Assembly: GCF_964204645.1 (NCBI RefSeq)
Contig: NC_134026.1
Coordinates: 8,951,950 to 9,015,949, forward strand
From: Tubulanus polymorphus
Lineage: Eukaryota > Animalia > Nemertea
Length of the DNA stretch: 64,000 bases
Direction of reading: 5' to 3'
The position numbers and the translations under genes are program-made. The notes under the pieces are model-generated. The model did no database searches and was not told the origin of the DNA. It was given only the letters and a program-made list of their open reading frames with translations. Shown here in pieces: positions 1-24,270 of the stretch; positions within the stretch are counted from its first letter, which is position 1; every line of letters begins with the position of its first letter.

Positions 1-8
1 CTCATTAA

Positions 9-285
9 CCCTTTCAGTGCTGACTAATCAATACCCTTTATTGCTGGAGATTTTGAAAAATTCCAACCTAGTGTGTTGAATAACGGGAATACCACTATAG
101 TGCGTCTACACCGCGGTTCAGTGTATTGTTAGTTACTAATATTTCACTATGTTTGACAGGTGCTACCATCTTTCAAAAGAGATAAAAACTAATTACTAAT
201 TACATCAATACACCGTAGTGCGGTGTACTAGCAAAATCCATCACCGTTTCATACACTGCAGTGTGGTGTAGACGCACTGAAAGGG
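9..285. mobile_element. piggyBac-type MITE
   Basis: 12-bp TIR CCCTTTCAGTGC/GCACTGAAAGGG flanked by TTAA on both sides (5-8, 286-289); no ORF. Confidence 0.8.
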
Positions 286-1238
286 TTAAGTGATTCGACT
301 CTGGCCGAAAAGGTTCAAAATGCTGCTCCGGTAGAAAGGGTACATACCTCACACAGTCGAAAATAGTTTATGGTCATAAGCCGATCAATGATCTCATTCA
401 TTTCTGATACGTGCTATGTTAACAAAGAAGTGCATATACAGTAGATTGCGCCAGAGTCAGATAACTGTTCAACTCGGATAACTGTTCAACTCGAATAACC
501 GTTCAACTCGGATGCTTGTTGAAATATTTTTTGTGACACATTTAACAAATACATAACATCCAACTCAGATATGGCTCTCAAGTCAGACATTTTTACGGTC
601 CCAAAAGATCCAACTTAAGCGGAGTCTACTAGTACTGTATATAGCAGGAAATCTGATTATACATCATTTTGTCTGCACACTCGTCTACTATGGAAGTGAT
701 TTACTCTGGCTATGCTAGTATCAATCAGCTGCCCGAAACCCAGACATTCAATACTGTATCACCTGTGTTTAGGACTTTCACCAGACACCTAATTGAAAAC
801 AAATTAGAAATTCCAGTTTTGTAAAGCGATCATCTTCAGTCACACTTCCCACTATGGCAATTGTCTAGGTACAGGCCTTTAGGCAGATAGATACCCCTTT
901 AGAAGCAGGGTTTGTACAGTGGCGGAGTGTCAATCATATTTTGAATTTTTGTGAAGGAAAGATATCTATTGTACTCGCATTCTATAGATTGGAAAAGGAT
1001 CTCCTGAACCAACTATGAGGAAAGCTCTTCATAAACCATGCAGTAACGAACTGTGATGAGAGGAGAGTAAGAAACCAGAATCAAAGAACGCAGAGAAACT
1101 TGTTTGAGATAGAAAATATAAAACTTCATTTTAAAACTAATTTTAACAATTTAACATCTACCAGTATGCATGTCATGAGCGAATAATACTGCTAAGTTTT
1201 TTCAATGTTTTATGAATATGAATCAGGGTCTCAGATTA

Positions 1239-11557
<10,319 letters not shown>

Positions 11558-11879
11558 GAAGCAGCTAGCAGATTACGTTTGTAATGAATTTTGGTAGCAT
11601 TGAAGAGTAGTCCGCCAGCAGCAACCTAGGCTACATCAAATCATTTCTTGATTTCCGCATTAACTATAAAAAAGAATGTACACTACTATAGATAGGATCT
11701 ACTAACTGCAATCTAGCTCACCTTTCCATTATATGGCGCTAGTGTACGATTCAGGTTGGGTACAACCATAAGGGATACCTGTAATCTGTAATCAGTAGTA
11801 ATACGTCATAGTATCCCATATCGGCATTAACACGACGGGTAGGGGAGAGCGCAAGTTAGGTTAATTTTTGCTGAGCTGG

Positions 11880-13260
11880 GCGTCAATCTGCTCAGTTGTA
11901 CGAGAGCAGATGATATTTTCCGGCAGTTTATTCCGATTGAGTGTTGTTTTGACAAAGAACTAGTGTTTGTACTGTTCGGTGTTCGCACGGGGAACGATAA
12001 ACCACTTTGAGTTGTTGTAGGCCTATGAATAACGATCGACGACGTTGGTTGTAGAGTAGTCTTTATAACGCGCCGGCTGACAAAGACTTCGTCTGCCTCG
12101 GGGTATTGGTTTTAAGAACTCTGATGAGGGTATGGCCGGCACCAGCCCCTCGACAACCCTGTACATAAAGCCAAGATGTTTTTTCCGACAACGTTCTTCT
12201 AAACTCGGAAGGTTATTTTCCATAAGCATTTTTGTAACACAACCTGGTTGTCTTGATTTGTAGTCGCTTGTAATGAATTGTGCTGCCCGGTGCTGCATGC
12301 GCTCCGAACAGTCAATATCTTGTCTGAGATAGGGGTCCCATATAATGGCCCCATACCCTAGTAATGGTCGAACAAGCGTGATGTATGCAGTGCATCTACA
12401 TGGTGAAGGGCAGTTCCAGGGTTACGTCAGAGGAGGCCTAATGTTGAAGCTGCTCTCTTGCCTCCTTGCGAGATGTGTTGATGCCATTTAAGGTCTTCTG
12501 AGATTTGAATGCTGGGATATTGTTGGCTGCTGACCTGTTTTAGAATTTCATCATTTAGGCTGTAGAAGTAGTGGGAATGATTTGAGGTACTAATGATATT
12601 GCGTTTCTTCACTTTGAAATACATTCCCCACTCTCTAGCCCACGTTTGGAGTGATGCTAGGTCTTCATGCATAATAACGTGATCGTTGAAGCTTTTAATT
12701 GCTCGGTAGAGGAGGCGTCATCGACGAACAGTCTGACCTGGGATTTGACACGTGGCGGGAGGTCATTGATATGTACTAGGAATTACAAGGGCCCTAGGAC
12801 CGTGCCTCGAGGTACTCCAGAGTCTACAGTAACCTCTTCCCCTTCTACGATGATTCTCATTTTCCGCTTGGTAAGGAAGTTTGACAACCATGTTTGTAGT
12901 ACACCGTTAATACCACAGCCTTTGAGCTTGTATAATAGTTTCCGGTGCGGAACTGTATCAAAGGCTTTGCTGAAGTCTATGGCAATGTCAGTTTGCAGGC
13001 CATGGTCGTTAGTCAATAGGAGGTCATTTACTGTGATCAACAGCTGCGTTTCGCAGGAGTGGCCCGGTCTGAAGCGGTGGTTTAGACTGGTGAGGATCTG
13101 GTTTTTGTCCAGGTGCTTTCTTAGGTGTTTGCAGACAATATGTTCTAGTAGTTTGCTGATAACTGACGTCAGCGAGAACGGGCCATAATTTTCTGGGAGG
13201 TGTCTGTCTCCCTGACGCACAAAAAGTTGGCGTTATGCCAATCTAATGGAAGCTCACCAC
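11880..13260 (-). mobile_element. Degenerate CR1/L2-group LINE reverse transcriptase
   Basis: NYGPFSLTSVISKLLEHIV, HSCETQL, DFSKAFDTVPH, SGVPRGTVLGPL, LFVDD, QHRAAQFIT in broken frames. Confidence 0.88.
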
Positions 13261-13778
13261 TGTCGGAAAACGTTTACTACTCTTACTACACTGCTTACAG
13301 CTAATAAAGTTTAATAAAATATGTTAAATTGATTGTGATTGACCTGATCCGTGAACAAATTTTGATATCGATAATTTACGATCTGATAGTGAAATATCAT
13401 GTTGTATAGCACAAAAATTCTCTCTATATCATCCAGTGATATAACTTATCGCATAAACGTATCTAAAAAGCGATCAACAGCCGTTAAATTGCGACTATTT
13501 ACCTTAAAATCTTGGAAAAAGCAGACAGCTGAAATTTACTTCCGGGTTCAAATGGGGGTCAATGAGAGGGTGTTGAAAAAATCAGATACGAAGAAATTTT
13601 ACACGGGCCCGCGGTCACCCCCATCTTCACCCGTCAAGGGATTCGAATCCACTACGCTAAAGCTGTTCCCTGGTGGAAGCGAGTTCGGGAGTGATACCGG
13701 ACCCCTGGCAAGCGAGGATGCGGTCACCCTTGCCCGAAGAGACTTTAGTCGTACAAACGTCGTAGAAAAAGAAACCAA

Positions 13779-13835
13779 GGTAAAAGTGCAGATCCGCACC
13801 TCTCGTGCGAAGAGGTGCGGATCTGCACTTTTACC
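13779..13835. repeat. Perfect 25-bp inverted repeat with 7-nt loop
   Basis: GGTAAAAGTGCAGATCCGCACCTCT-cgtgcga-AGAGGTGCGGATCTGCACTTTTACC. Confidence 0.95.
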
Positions 13836-14639
13836 CCGAAACCCATTGCCAAATTTCAATATACATCCGATACCTCGGTATCTCAAACAACTCGTTTCAC
13901 AGTACGATTCATTCAAGCGAGTAGATAATGTCAATTTCATCGATTAGGCTCGTCTCGAAACACTGGCGGCGGGTCCAATTTGTAGGATCTACATTTCAGA
14001 ACTTTCTCATTAATTCTCTCTTAAAACTGAGGTGATGGGAGGTTGAACTCATCCCTGTCTTTTTGAATTTCTTCAGAGCAATCACAACCAAAAACAGAAT
14101 GTACCCTAGTTAGTTACCTAATCGTTGGTGGTAAGCTTTTATAATCGGATGGGCTTATACCCACCAATATGTGGTTTGTGAAAATATCCGATCGTGAAAC
14201 TAAACCAGACAGGTTACAGACTAAATATACCCGATATCTATAAGATATTAGAATCGGAACCATGCCTGCAATGAGTTTAACGATACGCTACCACACCTAC
14301 ATATCTGGATAATAATTTCCATTTTTTAGCCATAGAAAGGTATCGTTAAACTTTGATTTACTTCACAACAGAAGCTCTTTTCTTGCATTCAACTACCGTT
14401 AAAAGAATACTATCTGGCAATCCTTCAAGTCTGTACAGAACTGGTATAAAATCAATTGTTCCACAAGAAAGATGTTTGGATGCATTCACAAATAAAACTT
14501 TTAAACGATAAATGTTGTGCCCAATATTTCTTCTGTGTACAATGATCTTTGTAAATCTCCTCATCCTATTCAACCATAACCAACAAATGATATTAGATTT
14601 TTCTAAATTTATTTAAAAATAAAACAAAAATAGTCAGTG

Positions 14640-17600
14640 TCATCTCTTTCCTTTCTTAGATTTGGCAGTAGTACTATTGCTGCCGATATGTTTCGCGTGT
14701 CCAGTCGCCTTGATGTGCGAAAAAAGTTTGTTACGAGTTTTGAATTCTACATTACAAACGTTACACCGGGTATCCTGTTGTAAATCATCAGCTTCAACCT
14801 GAAAATAGAAAGAATTTCTGATTCAATAGAATTAAATGATACGATATATCCAATAGCTCAGATTGAAATTCAATTGATAAAATTTCGTACTAGTTCAGTA
14901 AACATTCAAATCTGTGATGAGACTGACTGACAATAAAAAACTTTGAGCAGTACCGGTATCTAAAACCACAATGTTTTCACTGCTGACTAAATGAATTTAC
15001 AGCACAAAATTGACTAAATGAATTTACAGCACAAAATTACGGTACTTTAAGTTACTCGTGGTAAAGCTTACATCATTTTGTTGCTGCTGTTGTGCTCGAG
15101 CTGCCTTCCTTGCATCTTTTGCTTTCTTTCCTTTTAATTTAGTCGGTTTTGGAGTGCTGTAAATACGTAAAGTTGCAAAATAAGCGAAGGCAATCTATCT
15201 GGTAGATGTTTTCAACTAGCCAAAGTGATATGACAATATCCAAAGCAGCTGCAGAACTGATCAACATTTGGATAACGAATTTCGATCAAAAGGCTTACAT
15301 TTCTTCATCTTCACCTTCACTAACTTGATCTACCTCTTCAAAAACTTGAATACGTTCCTGTAATATATTAATAATACATTTGAACGATTTTCACATTGAT
15401 AAGAGTACACTTGTATCGTATTAATCACTGGTGGAAAAGGAATATTTTCAATTCCCCTAGTCCTCAATTCGAAATATCTACTTACATCAAATTTAACATA
15501 TAGATTTTCCTTGTCTTTTTGTCTGCAAGTGAAAATTAATCATGTCAAAAAATCTATCAAATGAAGATATCTATACAATGTAAGGATTATCATTCAGGAG
15601 GTAGGCCTACTCACTTGACTTTATTTTTGGCAGTTACCTCTCCAGATCCATTCGTATCGAGGTGACAATTGTCTATTTCCTCGACCACATTCTGAATTTC
15701 TTCATCATCTATTAATTCCTAAAGGAAAGATTGAAAAATGTACAGTTTGCATACAAGAGCTTCGTAACCAATTCTATCTATAAGGCAGACATGTCAATCA
15801 ATGCCGGTATCAATCTACAGCCTAGAACCAGCCACCCTTCATGCATTCGCCATTGTCGAGCGAAGTCTGGATGATAGAAAATTTTGCAATTAAGTGTCTG
15901 CTGTCCATACCAGGTAGTTAGTTTACATTCAAGAATGTTTTTCTTAAGTCAGGATGGTCAAAAATTGGAGGTGATCAAGTACGGAGTTCAGGCAGCTTAC
16001 ACCAGTTGAAAATGAAATATTGGTAAGGCCAAATTCCGAACAACATTCCTACTTTAGTTCCTAAGTGAATACACTATATACTCATATACAGTCAAGTCCA
16101 TTAAAACGCCATCCTTTTCAATGGCAATGCTCGCTTAATGCCAAAAAGAACAAATTTGCCCTATCTAACTTGAATTCAATGGAAATATCATTCTCATAAT
16201 GCCATGTTTTTCATCGGTCCAACCAGTGACATTATGGAGGACTTATACTGCATCTTATATTGAAATTGACAAAAAAGGATCTACCTGTTCAGCCTGTTGT
16301 TGTCGCCTTTTCTTCTTTTGCTTTTTTGATAACCTGAAAAAGTTGAATCACTCAATAAATCTTATTGGTCGTGTTACTACGTATATGCAATGGATAGGCT
16401 TTTCAGATAGTGCCGAGACATCTTTTAACATCTCTCAACCAGCCGCTAGCTTCTGAAGTTGGTTTAAACGATTTTAACCAGTTATCAATGGAAGGCGAGG
16501 GGCACGGCACCCCATGCATATAGAAGCTCAACTGTACATAACTCTTAACTACTGGTACTTGGCTCAGGAAACTGAGACATCAAAATAAAAATGTGTTCAT
16601 ATCTAAATGATAACCTTCCTCCTGTCTCTTCATTTTACGATCAGTCCTAAATCTTTCAATATCTTCTTCTTAATTCAAAACATCCATATCATATAATCTT
16701 TCGATTTCCTCAGCAAACCTACTTCTGTTTAGGTTGTTCTTCCACTTCTGGGTCTTCGTGGAGTTCACTATGGTGGATGACATGTTCCAGGTCTTCTTTG
16801 GTCATCTGCTCCTTCAGGAATGCAACATTTTCTTTATGTTTCCTACTGTTTTGATGATTTGCATAACTAAGAGGAAAAGAGACAAAATTATAACAGATCG
16901 CACATCACATGAAACTGATTCTTAATAAATTCATCAAGAATGGAATATGAATTACATACGATTGAGGAGTTTTAAATGCTTTATTGCACGCAACACAAAA
17001 CATATCATCTATCATTGCTTCTTCTACATCTTCATCATTCTCTTCATCTTCATCGGCGAGAGATTCTGAAATAATAACGCCAGGGCGGACTGATAAATTT
17101 AAACAAGCTTTATTTAGTAGACTCCACTTAAACTAGTACAGTTGGGACCTTGATTATTCTACTGAAATTAGGCAGTCATTGGTTTGAAGAACCACAAAAA
17201 TCAATGGATGAAATAAGGAATTATTCAGCTTATCAGCAGTCAAATGATATTCCTGATATCTTTTGATTTCATATGCTCAGACCTTAGAGAATCGTCAAGG
17301 GTTTGCTTCATTATATAAATGTTCAGACACATGTCCTTCATTAGTCTTGCCATTTTACATATCTCAAAATCGGCAACACTTGCCTCCATTTTAGCGCACT
17401 CGTGATGCACTTGCGTATGAATGAAAACTATGGCTAATTTAGGTCATTGGTGTGAAGTGGTAGTAACACATACCCGCTAACTCGGAAAACCGAAAAAACA
17501 AAACAAACCTTCATCAGATGAACCAGCATATTGAGCCTCTAATTGTTTGAGATCAGTTTCCAATGCAGACATCGCTGACCAAGCAGTTTCTTCATAGTTT

Positions 17601-20312
17601 TCCATCTGCCTTAAATATCAAGTACGTGAAATGTTTTAAATTGTGAAATTGAACACTATTAATCACTAGGTAAAATGCATGATATTCAATGTTGATTTGA
17701 TGTGACATCGTTACTTACTTTAAGCGTTCAGCTTTCTGTTTTTTCTTTCTTTCAGCGTCTAACCGGGATATTTCTGCTGCTCTATCTTCCAGCTTTTTCT
17801 ACAATTGGAACAAAAAATATTCTAACAATGCTCAGATGAGATCAAAATCCATGTGAACTCCAGGTTGAAGTATAAACGAATAACTTACCCTGTAAGCCTG
17901 AACACGCTTGTCTCTTTTTCTAACAAAAGCAACAAGAGCCTAGAAAAAAGATAATGAAGAATCGTTCAGAAATGACCAATAAGTGATGAGCTTGTTTTAC
18001 ACTGCCAACTGATGAAGAACCACGCCATTCCTAGTCACAACGAAAATCAATGCCACAGCTTGAACAAGTTGGAGCAGTAATTTGAAAGGTGGGAAATGGA
18101 AGTGAAAAACATGTTCAACAATGCCCTTTAGAATTCATGTACTAGTTAGAAAATAAAACAAAAAGATAACACTGCTCTTAATTCAACTATCATCATACGT
18201 AGATATGAAACTACTAATTACATGAAATAATCAATTCTTACCCTTATTTCTTCATTTCGTTCTTTTCTGGCAGCGTCTCGCAGTTTCTTATTTTCAGCTT
18301 CCATCAACCGTCGCGTACGCCTGTCGGGCGCCTCTCGCGTGTCGTATTTTTCCACCCACACATACGATCGAGCCGTACAAAAACTTTGCCAAAACGCATA
18401 GAAATCATGTACGACCTACAAGTATTGAAATCCACAACACAATTCAAAAGATAATTGATGCTGCAATATTATTTTAGAGGGGTCGGATTGATGAATTCTG
18501 GAATTGTCATAATTCTAAAATCATTACAATTGGCCTTTTTTTTAAACATTTTTTCAACAAAATACCAGGTGCTTCTACATTTTTTTCACATAATTTTCCC
18601 AGATTTTTTCATGTCAAGACACAATAACATAAGCAGTAAATGATCACAATCAAGACGGATTAAAATGAAATTTCTTGAAGTTTAATACAGCTCGTGAATC
18701 AGGTATGCGCTACGGTAAATGGCATAAAAAGTGGATCAAAATATTTTGGCAGTCAAATTTGTCACAATTTTAACATTTTTCACATCAATCTGAGCCCTGA
18801 CATTACTATCATTCAAAGTCTTACCTCTTCGTAATCACTCTTTGAATCACCGAATCCAGGCATATTATAATCTGAATCATCTTGTTCCATGAACTCAGCA
18901 TCCTCAGCTGCCAGAGCTTCGAAAACTGTCCGATAAACTGTATAAAACCCCTAAAAATTCGAAATTCAGACATAAAGAAAGGAAATTTGATCTCATTCCC
19001 CAAATAATATCCATAAAACCTCCCCCACCTCCCCACTACTGTGAAATAGACTATATTTTACTTGAATTTTCTAATTTCTTATTCACAAAGAAGTTAAATT
19101 AAAAAGATGTACAGTAAAGCTCACTGAATTGTGAAACTGTTTGCTTAATGTTTAAGAATATTAACTGAATATTTTGAGGTTTTCAAATTCAGCTTTCAGA
19201 ATGTATCAAATTAAATCAAAATCATTGGACGAGATTATTGCAAATAATTCGAAATTCAAATCGAAGGGCACCTTTATTCGAAAATCCTGAGACTTTGGTG
19301 AGTACTGAAAGAGACCAACATTTTTCGAAACCAAAATTTATCTACTCAATTGTGGTTAATGGTACTTACGTCTTCATCATCTCCATATCCCGAGTAACAC
19401 TGCGCTGTGAAATACTCGTAAACATTCAGACACTTGTCCTCGTATTCATCCCCTCGACCTAAGCCTAGAAGAGAAATTTCAAAACTTACGGTGCATTTCT
19501 TATCACGAAGTGTTAAGGAGTAGAATATAGTCAGAAGTTAAATTTCGAAACGTAGTATTAACCCTTTCACTGCTGCGGTGTATACTACAGTAGATTTTAC
19601 ACCCTATATTGCGCATACTGTACCCTGCGATCAGTGTATCCATCAAATTGTTTATTACCAGGACCCAGTTCCATAGTTCTAAGTTAAATTTGACTCTAGA
19701 GTCAAAACATTGAAAATAAACTAACTTTAACTCAGAGTTAACTCACAACTCACAACTGTGGAACCAGGCCCACGCGTTGAAATTCCTATTGAAAGATGGC
19801 TGTAACTAACATTGTGAATGTCAGTAACTCGCACGCTGTACATCCATAAATAGTGTTGGATCTTTTTTAAAAATTTCAGTTTTTCATTCCAGTAATATAT
19901 GGTAGGGTGGGATATTAATTTTCTGCCTGAACCCACTTCAGACATTCACATTATAGGGTGAAGTCACACACAGTGCGAGATCAATTTCTATGAGAGTGCT
20001 GAAATGGCGTTCGTAGCGTATTTTCAAATGATACTTTCAGAGATATGAAATAATGAACACACATGTTGTCAGATTGTCAGAATTAAGTACACGTACTGAT
20101 TGTCTGAAGGGGCAGGTCTAGGTCGTAGCTATTGTTCCTACGTGAGATAATGAGAGGTGTTTAAGGTTTAAGGATATACAAACCTCCTCTGAGTATGGCC
20201 TCTCTGTGTTTATCATACCACGCCCGTTCCTGAGGGTCGCTCAGTACCTCATACGCTTGTTGTATGATTCTGAATTGCTTCGTACATTCTTCTACGTCGT
20301 CTGGATTCTTAT
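14640..20312 (-). CDS. DNAJC21: DnaJ homolog subfamily C member 21 (J domain, DBINO/coiled coil, two C2H2 fingers); 5'-incomplete
   Basis: Exons 20184-20312 (DKNP...[26 protein letters not shown]), 19370-19464, 18825-18950 ([10 protein letters not shown]), 18242-18415 ([10 protein letters not shown]...[13 protein letters not shown]), 17889-17939 ([12 protein letters not shown]), 17719-17798, ~17509-17609, 16960-17065 ([11 protein letters not shown]), several small exons, 14640-14798 ([26 protein letters not shown]). The exon encoding the J-domain start up to HP was not found. Confidence 0.93.
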
Positions 20313-20673
20313 CTGTAAATAATAATAGAACCTTTTAGCAGACTCGATGATTTGACAGCAGGTGCATCCCTTGCTCATTTTGAAGGTAAAATACCCTCTC
20401 ACGAGATAAAGTTTCTATTAGTAGTCACAGTGCTCTTCATTAAAAAAAGAACAATTCAATGTTAATACTTGAGTACCAATAGAGCCATTACGTTGTTTGA
20501 GAAATATTCAGTTTTAAAGGACCAGCAAATGTTTTGTTTGAGCAGTTTACTTTTACAGAGTTTGTTCAAAGTCTCTCCTAGATGTGAGAATACACAATGG
20601 AAGATCTTTTTTCGGCGGAGTGGAGACAAGTCAAAGATCTTGCAGCAATGTTTTTGTCACAGTGGAGGAACCA

Positions 20674-21580
20674 CCATGACTTGCAAAAGACCAGGACTTG
20701 GGACGGTTGAGATTACATGGACCAAGACTTGCAAAGGAAGAGAGTATGTGGACCATGACCTGCAAGGGAAGAGAGTACATGGACCATGACTTGCGAGCCA
20801 AAAATAAGTGACTTATGCCATCCCCAATGTGACGAACTTCTGGACACAGATTCAGGAGAGGGTTATCTGATTTTGTAGGAAGCATTTCTGAAGGCTGATT
20901 TGGAACAGCTACGGAAAGCGAAGTGACCGAGATCCTGATTCCATGGAGGTACACAAATGGCCGGCAGACGTGCAGAATCTAATTGATGGGTAACTACCGA
21001 TCAATCTAGTGCCATCACATATAATTTCTAAAACAATCGGTACAATCCGAAATTTTCTTTCTATGCATTATCCTGGATTCACGATTTCATATTCGACATT
21101 GCTACAAAGTGCCGAACGTTCTTTACACCAGAACTGACAAAGCAATATATATATATAAACATCAAATTTCCAATGGACCGTGACTTACTAAGGGTAGAGA
21201 GAACAAGGACCATAACTTGCAAAGGGAAGAAGGTACATAACTTGCAAAGGGAACATGGACCATGAATTGCACAGGAAGAGAGTACATGGACCACGACTTG
21301 TGAGGGAAGATAGTACATGGACCATGACTTGCAAAGGGAAGAGAGTACATGGACCATGACTTGCGAGGGGAGAGAGTACATGGACCATGACTTGCGAGGG
21401 AAGAGAGTACATGGACCACGACTTGCAAGGGATGAGAGTACATGGACCATGACTTGCACAGGAAGGGATTACATTGGCAATGACTTGCAAGGGGTGAGAG
21501 TACACGGACCATGACTTGGGAGGGAAGAGAGTACATGGAACATGATTTGTGAGGGAAGAGAGTACATGGACCATGACTTG
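20674..21580. repeat. 31-bp minisatellite in two blocks (20674-20796, 21172-21580)
   Basis: Unit CATGGACCATGACTTGCAAGGGAAGAGAGTA; blocks separated by an env-like fragment. Confidence 0.92.
20938..21172 (+). mobile_element. Gypsy env-like fragment
   Basis: Nucleotide homologue of 29893-30130 (LPINLVPSHIISKTIGTIR...YTRTDKAIYINIKFP). Confidence 0.6.
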
Positions 21581-22429
21581 CTGAAGAAGGTGTAGTTTCA
21601 TTTTCCGAAATTACTGTTTTATTAAAAACAAGCTATGGAACCTTATCAATTAAAAAAGCAAAACATCTATGGGATCATATAATTTTCGGGGATTATTTAA
21701 ATAGAGGGTTTTCAATGTTTGATAGACAAACTGTGGGGATTTCTTGGGCTTCTTAGGCAAAAAGAAACATAAGTATTAGTGCTGGGTATGATAGAAAATT
21801 AAGAGGAGTAGGTAAATTATTTACGTACAAAAGATTTCAATCATTGAGTTTGTCATTTTCTGATGAAGTTAAATATTTAAATGATATTGAAAAAATGTTT
21901 GAAAATAATTTCTGAAATTTAAGAATTCTGGTTGAAATTATAAATTTTATCATTGCAACGGGATTAAAAAATCTTCAGAACTTATTAAAAACAAAGTGAT
22001 CCACCAAGGCAGTGAGATTTCCTCCTTTATGAACATCTTCTCGCCTGGATAACATTGTTGAGGGTGTACGGAACAATCACACTCTCATCAGTAATATCAA
22101 GGAGAACCTGATCAATATTTCCGCATTTGCTGGATAGAATAGGGTAGAGTGAGTTCCTCAATTCTAGGGTCGAATCCCATTCATATTCAATCTCGGCAGG
22201 TCGTATCTGAGCATCATTGTGCACTATGTAATCATAATAATGATGTTTAATTTTTGTATAGCACTTAACAAAAGTGTCTCTCATGCACTTAGATGTTTAT
22301 CTTTACCATACGCAGCCTGGGGTATGGTCATCTTTCGGGTCCCACCATGAACCCAAAGTCGCAGGGGATTCTCCATTCCCTGAGGAGTATACTGCTGTTC
22401 TAATATTTGTTTCTTATTTTATTTTAAAG

Positions 22430-23380
22430 GTTACAGTATGTATAGAAGAAAATGACTAAGTGTCGGAGATATGGTTCAGGCGTTAGATGCTGATGATAGT
22501 GAACTGTCGGAACTTGATGATGGGAGTGATTCAGACGATGATGATTCTGATTTCGCTGTTATCATTAACAATCAGCATTCCCAGGACGATGACAATGATG
22601 GTGAAGATGATGAGCCGCTTGCTTATTTTGTTGGTACGCCTACCACGACCACTATCAACAGAAATCAGATGACGGTGAAATGGAAAAAAAAGAATTTGAA
22701 CCTTCAAATCATAACTTTACGGGTCCTGGCCTCACTCGTCCAGATGCTATAAAAACGCTGCTTGAGTATTTTAGACAATTTATTTGAGGTGACATGTTGT
22801 ATATGATAGTTGAGATGACAAATATGTATTCTTTACAAAAAAGGCAAGAATGCAAACATGAACAAAAAAGAGCTTGAGATGCTAATGGGACTGTTTTTAC
22901 GAATGGGGCTTATGATAATGCCCGGCGTACGGTCGTATTGGGAAATTGACACGCGCTGTTCCTTGAATGCAGATGTAATGAGCCGAGATCAGTTTAGGCT
23001 GCTGGTAACTGTATCACATTTTGTGGACAACGAATCGGTCACTGACGTAGTGAAGCGTGATTAAGTATGACCACGTAATAGGCCATGATAAGACCAGGAC
23101 TGAATAAAGTCAGGGAGCATTGCTTGGAGGTTGAACCAGGGAAAAAAATTTGATAGACGAAATGATGGTCGCTTTCAAGGGCAAATATAGCTCACTTAGA
23201 CAATATATCAAGAATAAACCCCATAAATGGGGTCTAAAAATTTTGGTACGCGCCAGTATTTCTGGAATTGTGTTAGACTTTGATGTCTATCAAGGTGCAG
23301 GAGGCGCTAAAGGTGAGCTAGGTGTAGGAGGTGACACTGTAGTGAAATTGTCAGAAACTCTGCCAAAGAACCAGAACTAT
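22430..23380 (+). mobile_element. piggyBac transposase pseudogene
   Basis: Acidic N-terminus, RSYWE, VMSRDQF, IDEMMVAFKGKYSSLRQYIKNKPHKWGLK...DFDVYQG; stops and frameshifts; 3'-truncated. Confidence 0.9.
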
Positions 23381-23398
23381 AAAGAACAGCTGACAACA

Positions 23399-24270
23399 AG
23401 TTGTATTATAGTTGGTCATAAAAAAATAAAAAATAAATTCTCGCACGCACGAATTTATTTTTCATTTTTTACTCACCCGCCCTCTCCACCTTTAACCTGA
23501 ACCAACTATTATACAATTACTCTAATATTTTTATAAATGAATATTTTATATATGAATAACTTCTAAAATCAATTTTGATAAAAAATTTGATATTAAAATG
23601 GAAGCAAATAAGAAGTACTACTGTCCAACAGAACAAACACAAACCATCAATATTACAAATAATACTGGTGTTATAAATATATATCAGTAGACGTGTTGCA
23701 AATGTAAAATTAGTAAGCCATTTACAGATTATTATAAACGTAAGATTGGTAAAGATGGTTTACGACATAATTGTAAAACTTGTATTAAACTAAATACAAA
23801 GCAATATCGAGCAGATAATAGAGAACATTATAATGATTATATGACAGAATATATGAGAGAAAGATATCAAACAGATTTAAATTTTAAAATGAAAAGATGT
23901 CTAGGTAATAGATTATCACAATTTTCAGTAAAGAAAAGCATTCAGTTACACTATCTAATTTGTTGGGTTGTTCAGATGAATTCTTAAAATCATGGATTAT
24001 ATATCAGTTTGGCGATAAAATGAATATGAATAATTATGGTGATTATTTCCAGATTGATCATGTATTACCATTATCTAAATTTAACATGAACGATGAACAC
24101 AATCAGAAGTTAATATGGAATTGGAAGAATTTAAGACCTCTTGAAAAGATATGAGTAAATCTGACAAACTAGATTTACAGTTGTATTTAGATCAACTGGA
24201 TAAAGTAAAGACATTTGTTGAATTATGGAACAATAGTCCAAATAATGAGCCGTGTACTGAGACTTTAATC
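23399..24270 (+). mobile_element. Hairpin terminus plus fused zinc-finger start / HNH-type nuclease pseudogene of the hairpin-ended element family
   Basis: Partly deleted terminal hairpin (23399-23521), MEANKKYYCPT joined to EQTQTINIT..., then FQIDHVLPLSKF...WNWKNLRPLEK. Confidence 0.75.

Noticed and set aside
13690-13735. HDV-like ribozyme (minus strand GCA-TCCTCGCT-TGC resembles P3/L3)
   Set aside because: No matching P1 or P2 partner strands found.
13399-13947. 182-aa and antisense 113-aa ORFs
   Set aside because: No recognisable domain; openness is explained by local GC richness and the palindrome.
21172-21580. 31-bp repeats as a CRISPR-like array; overlapping ORFs
   Set aside because: Head-to-tail units with no unique spacers, no cas genes, eukaryotic context; the ORFs are by-products of the repeat.
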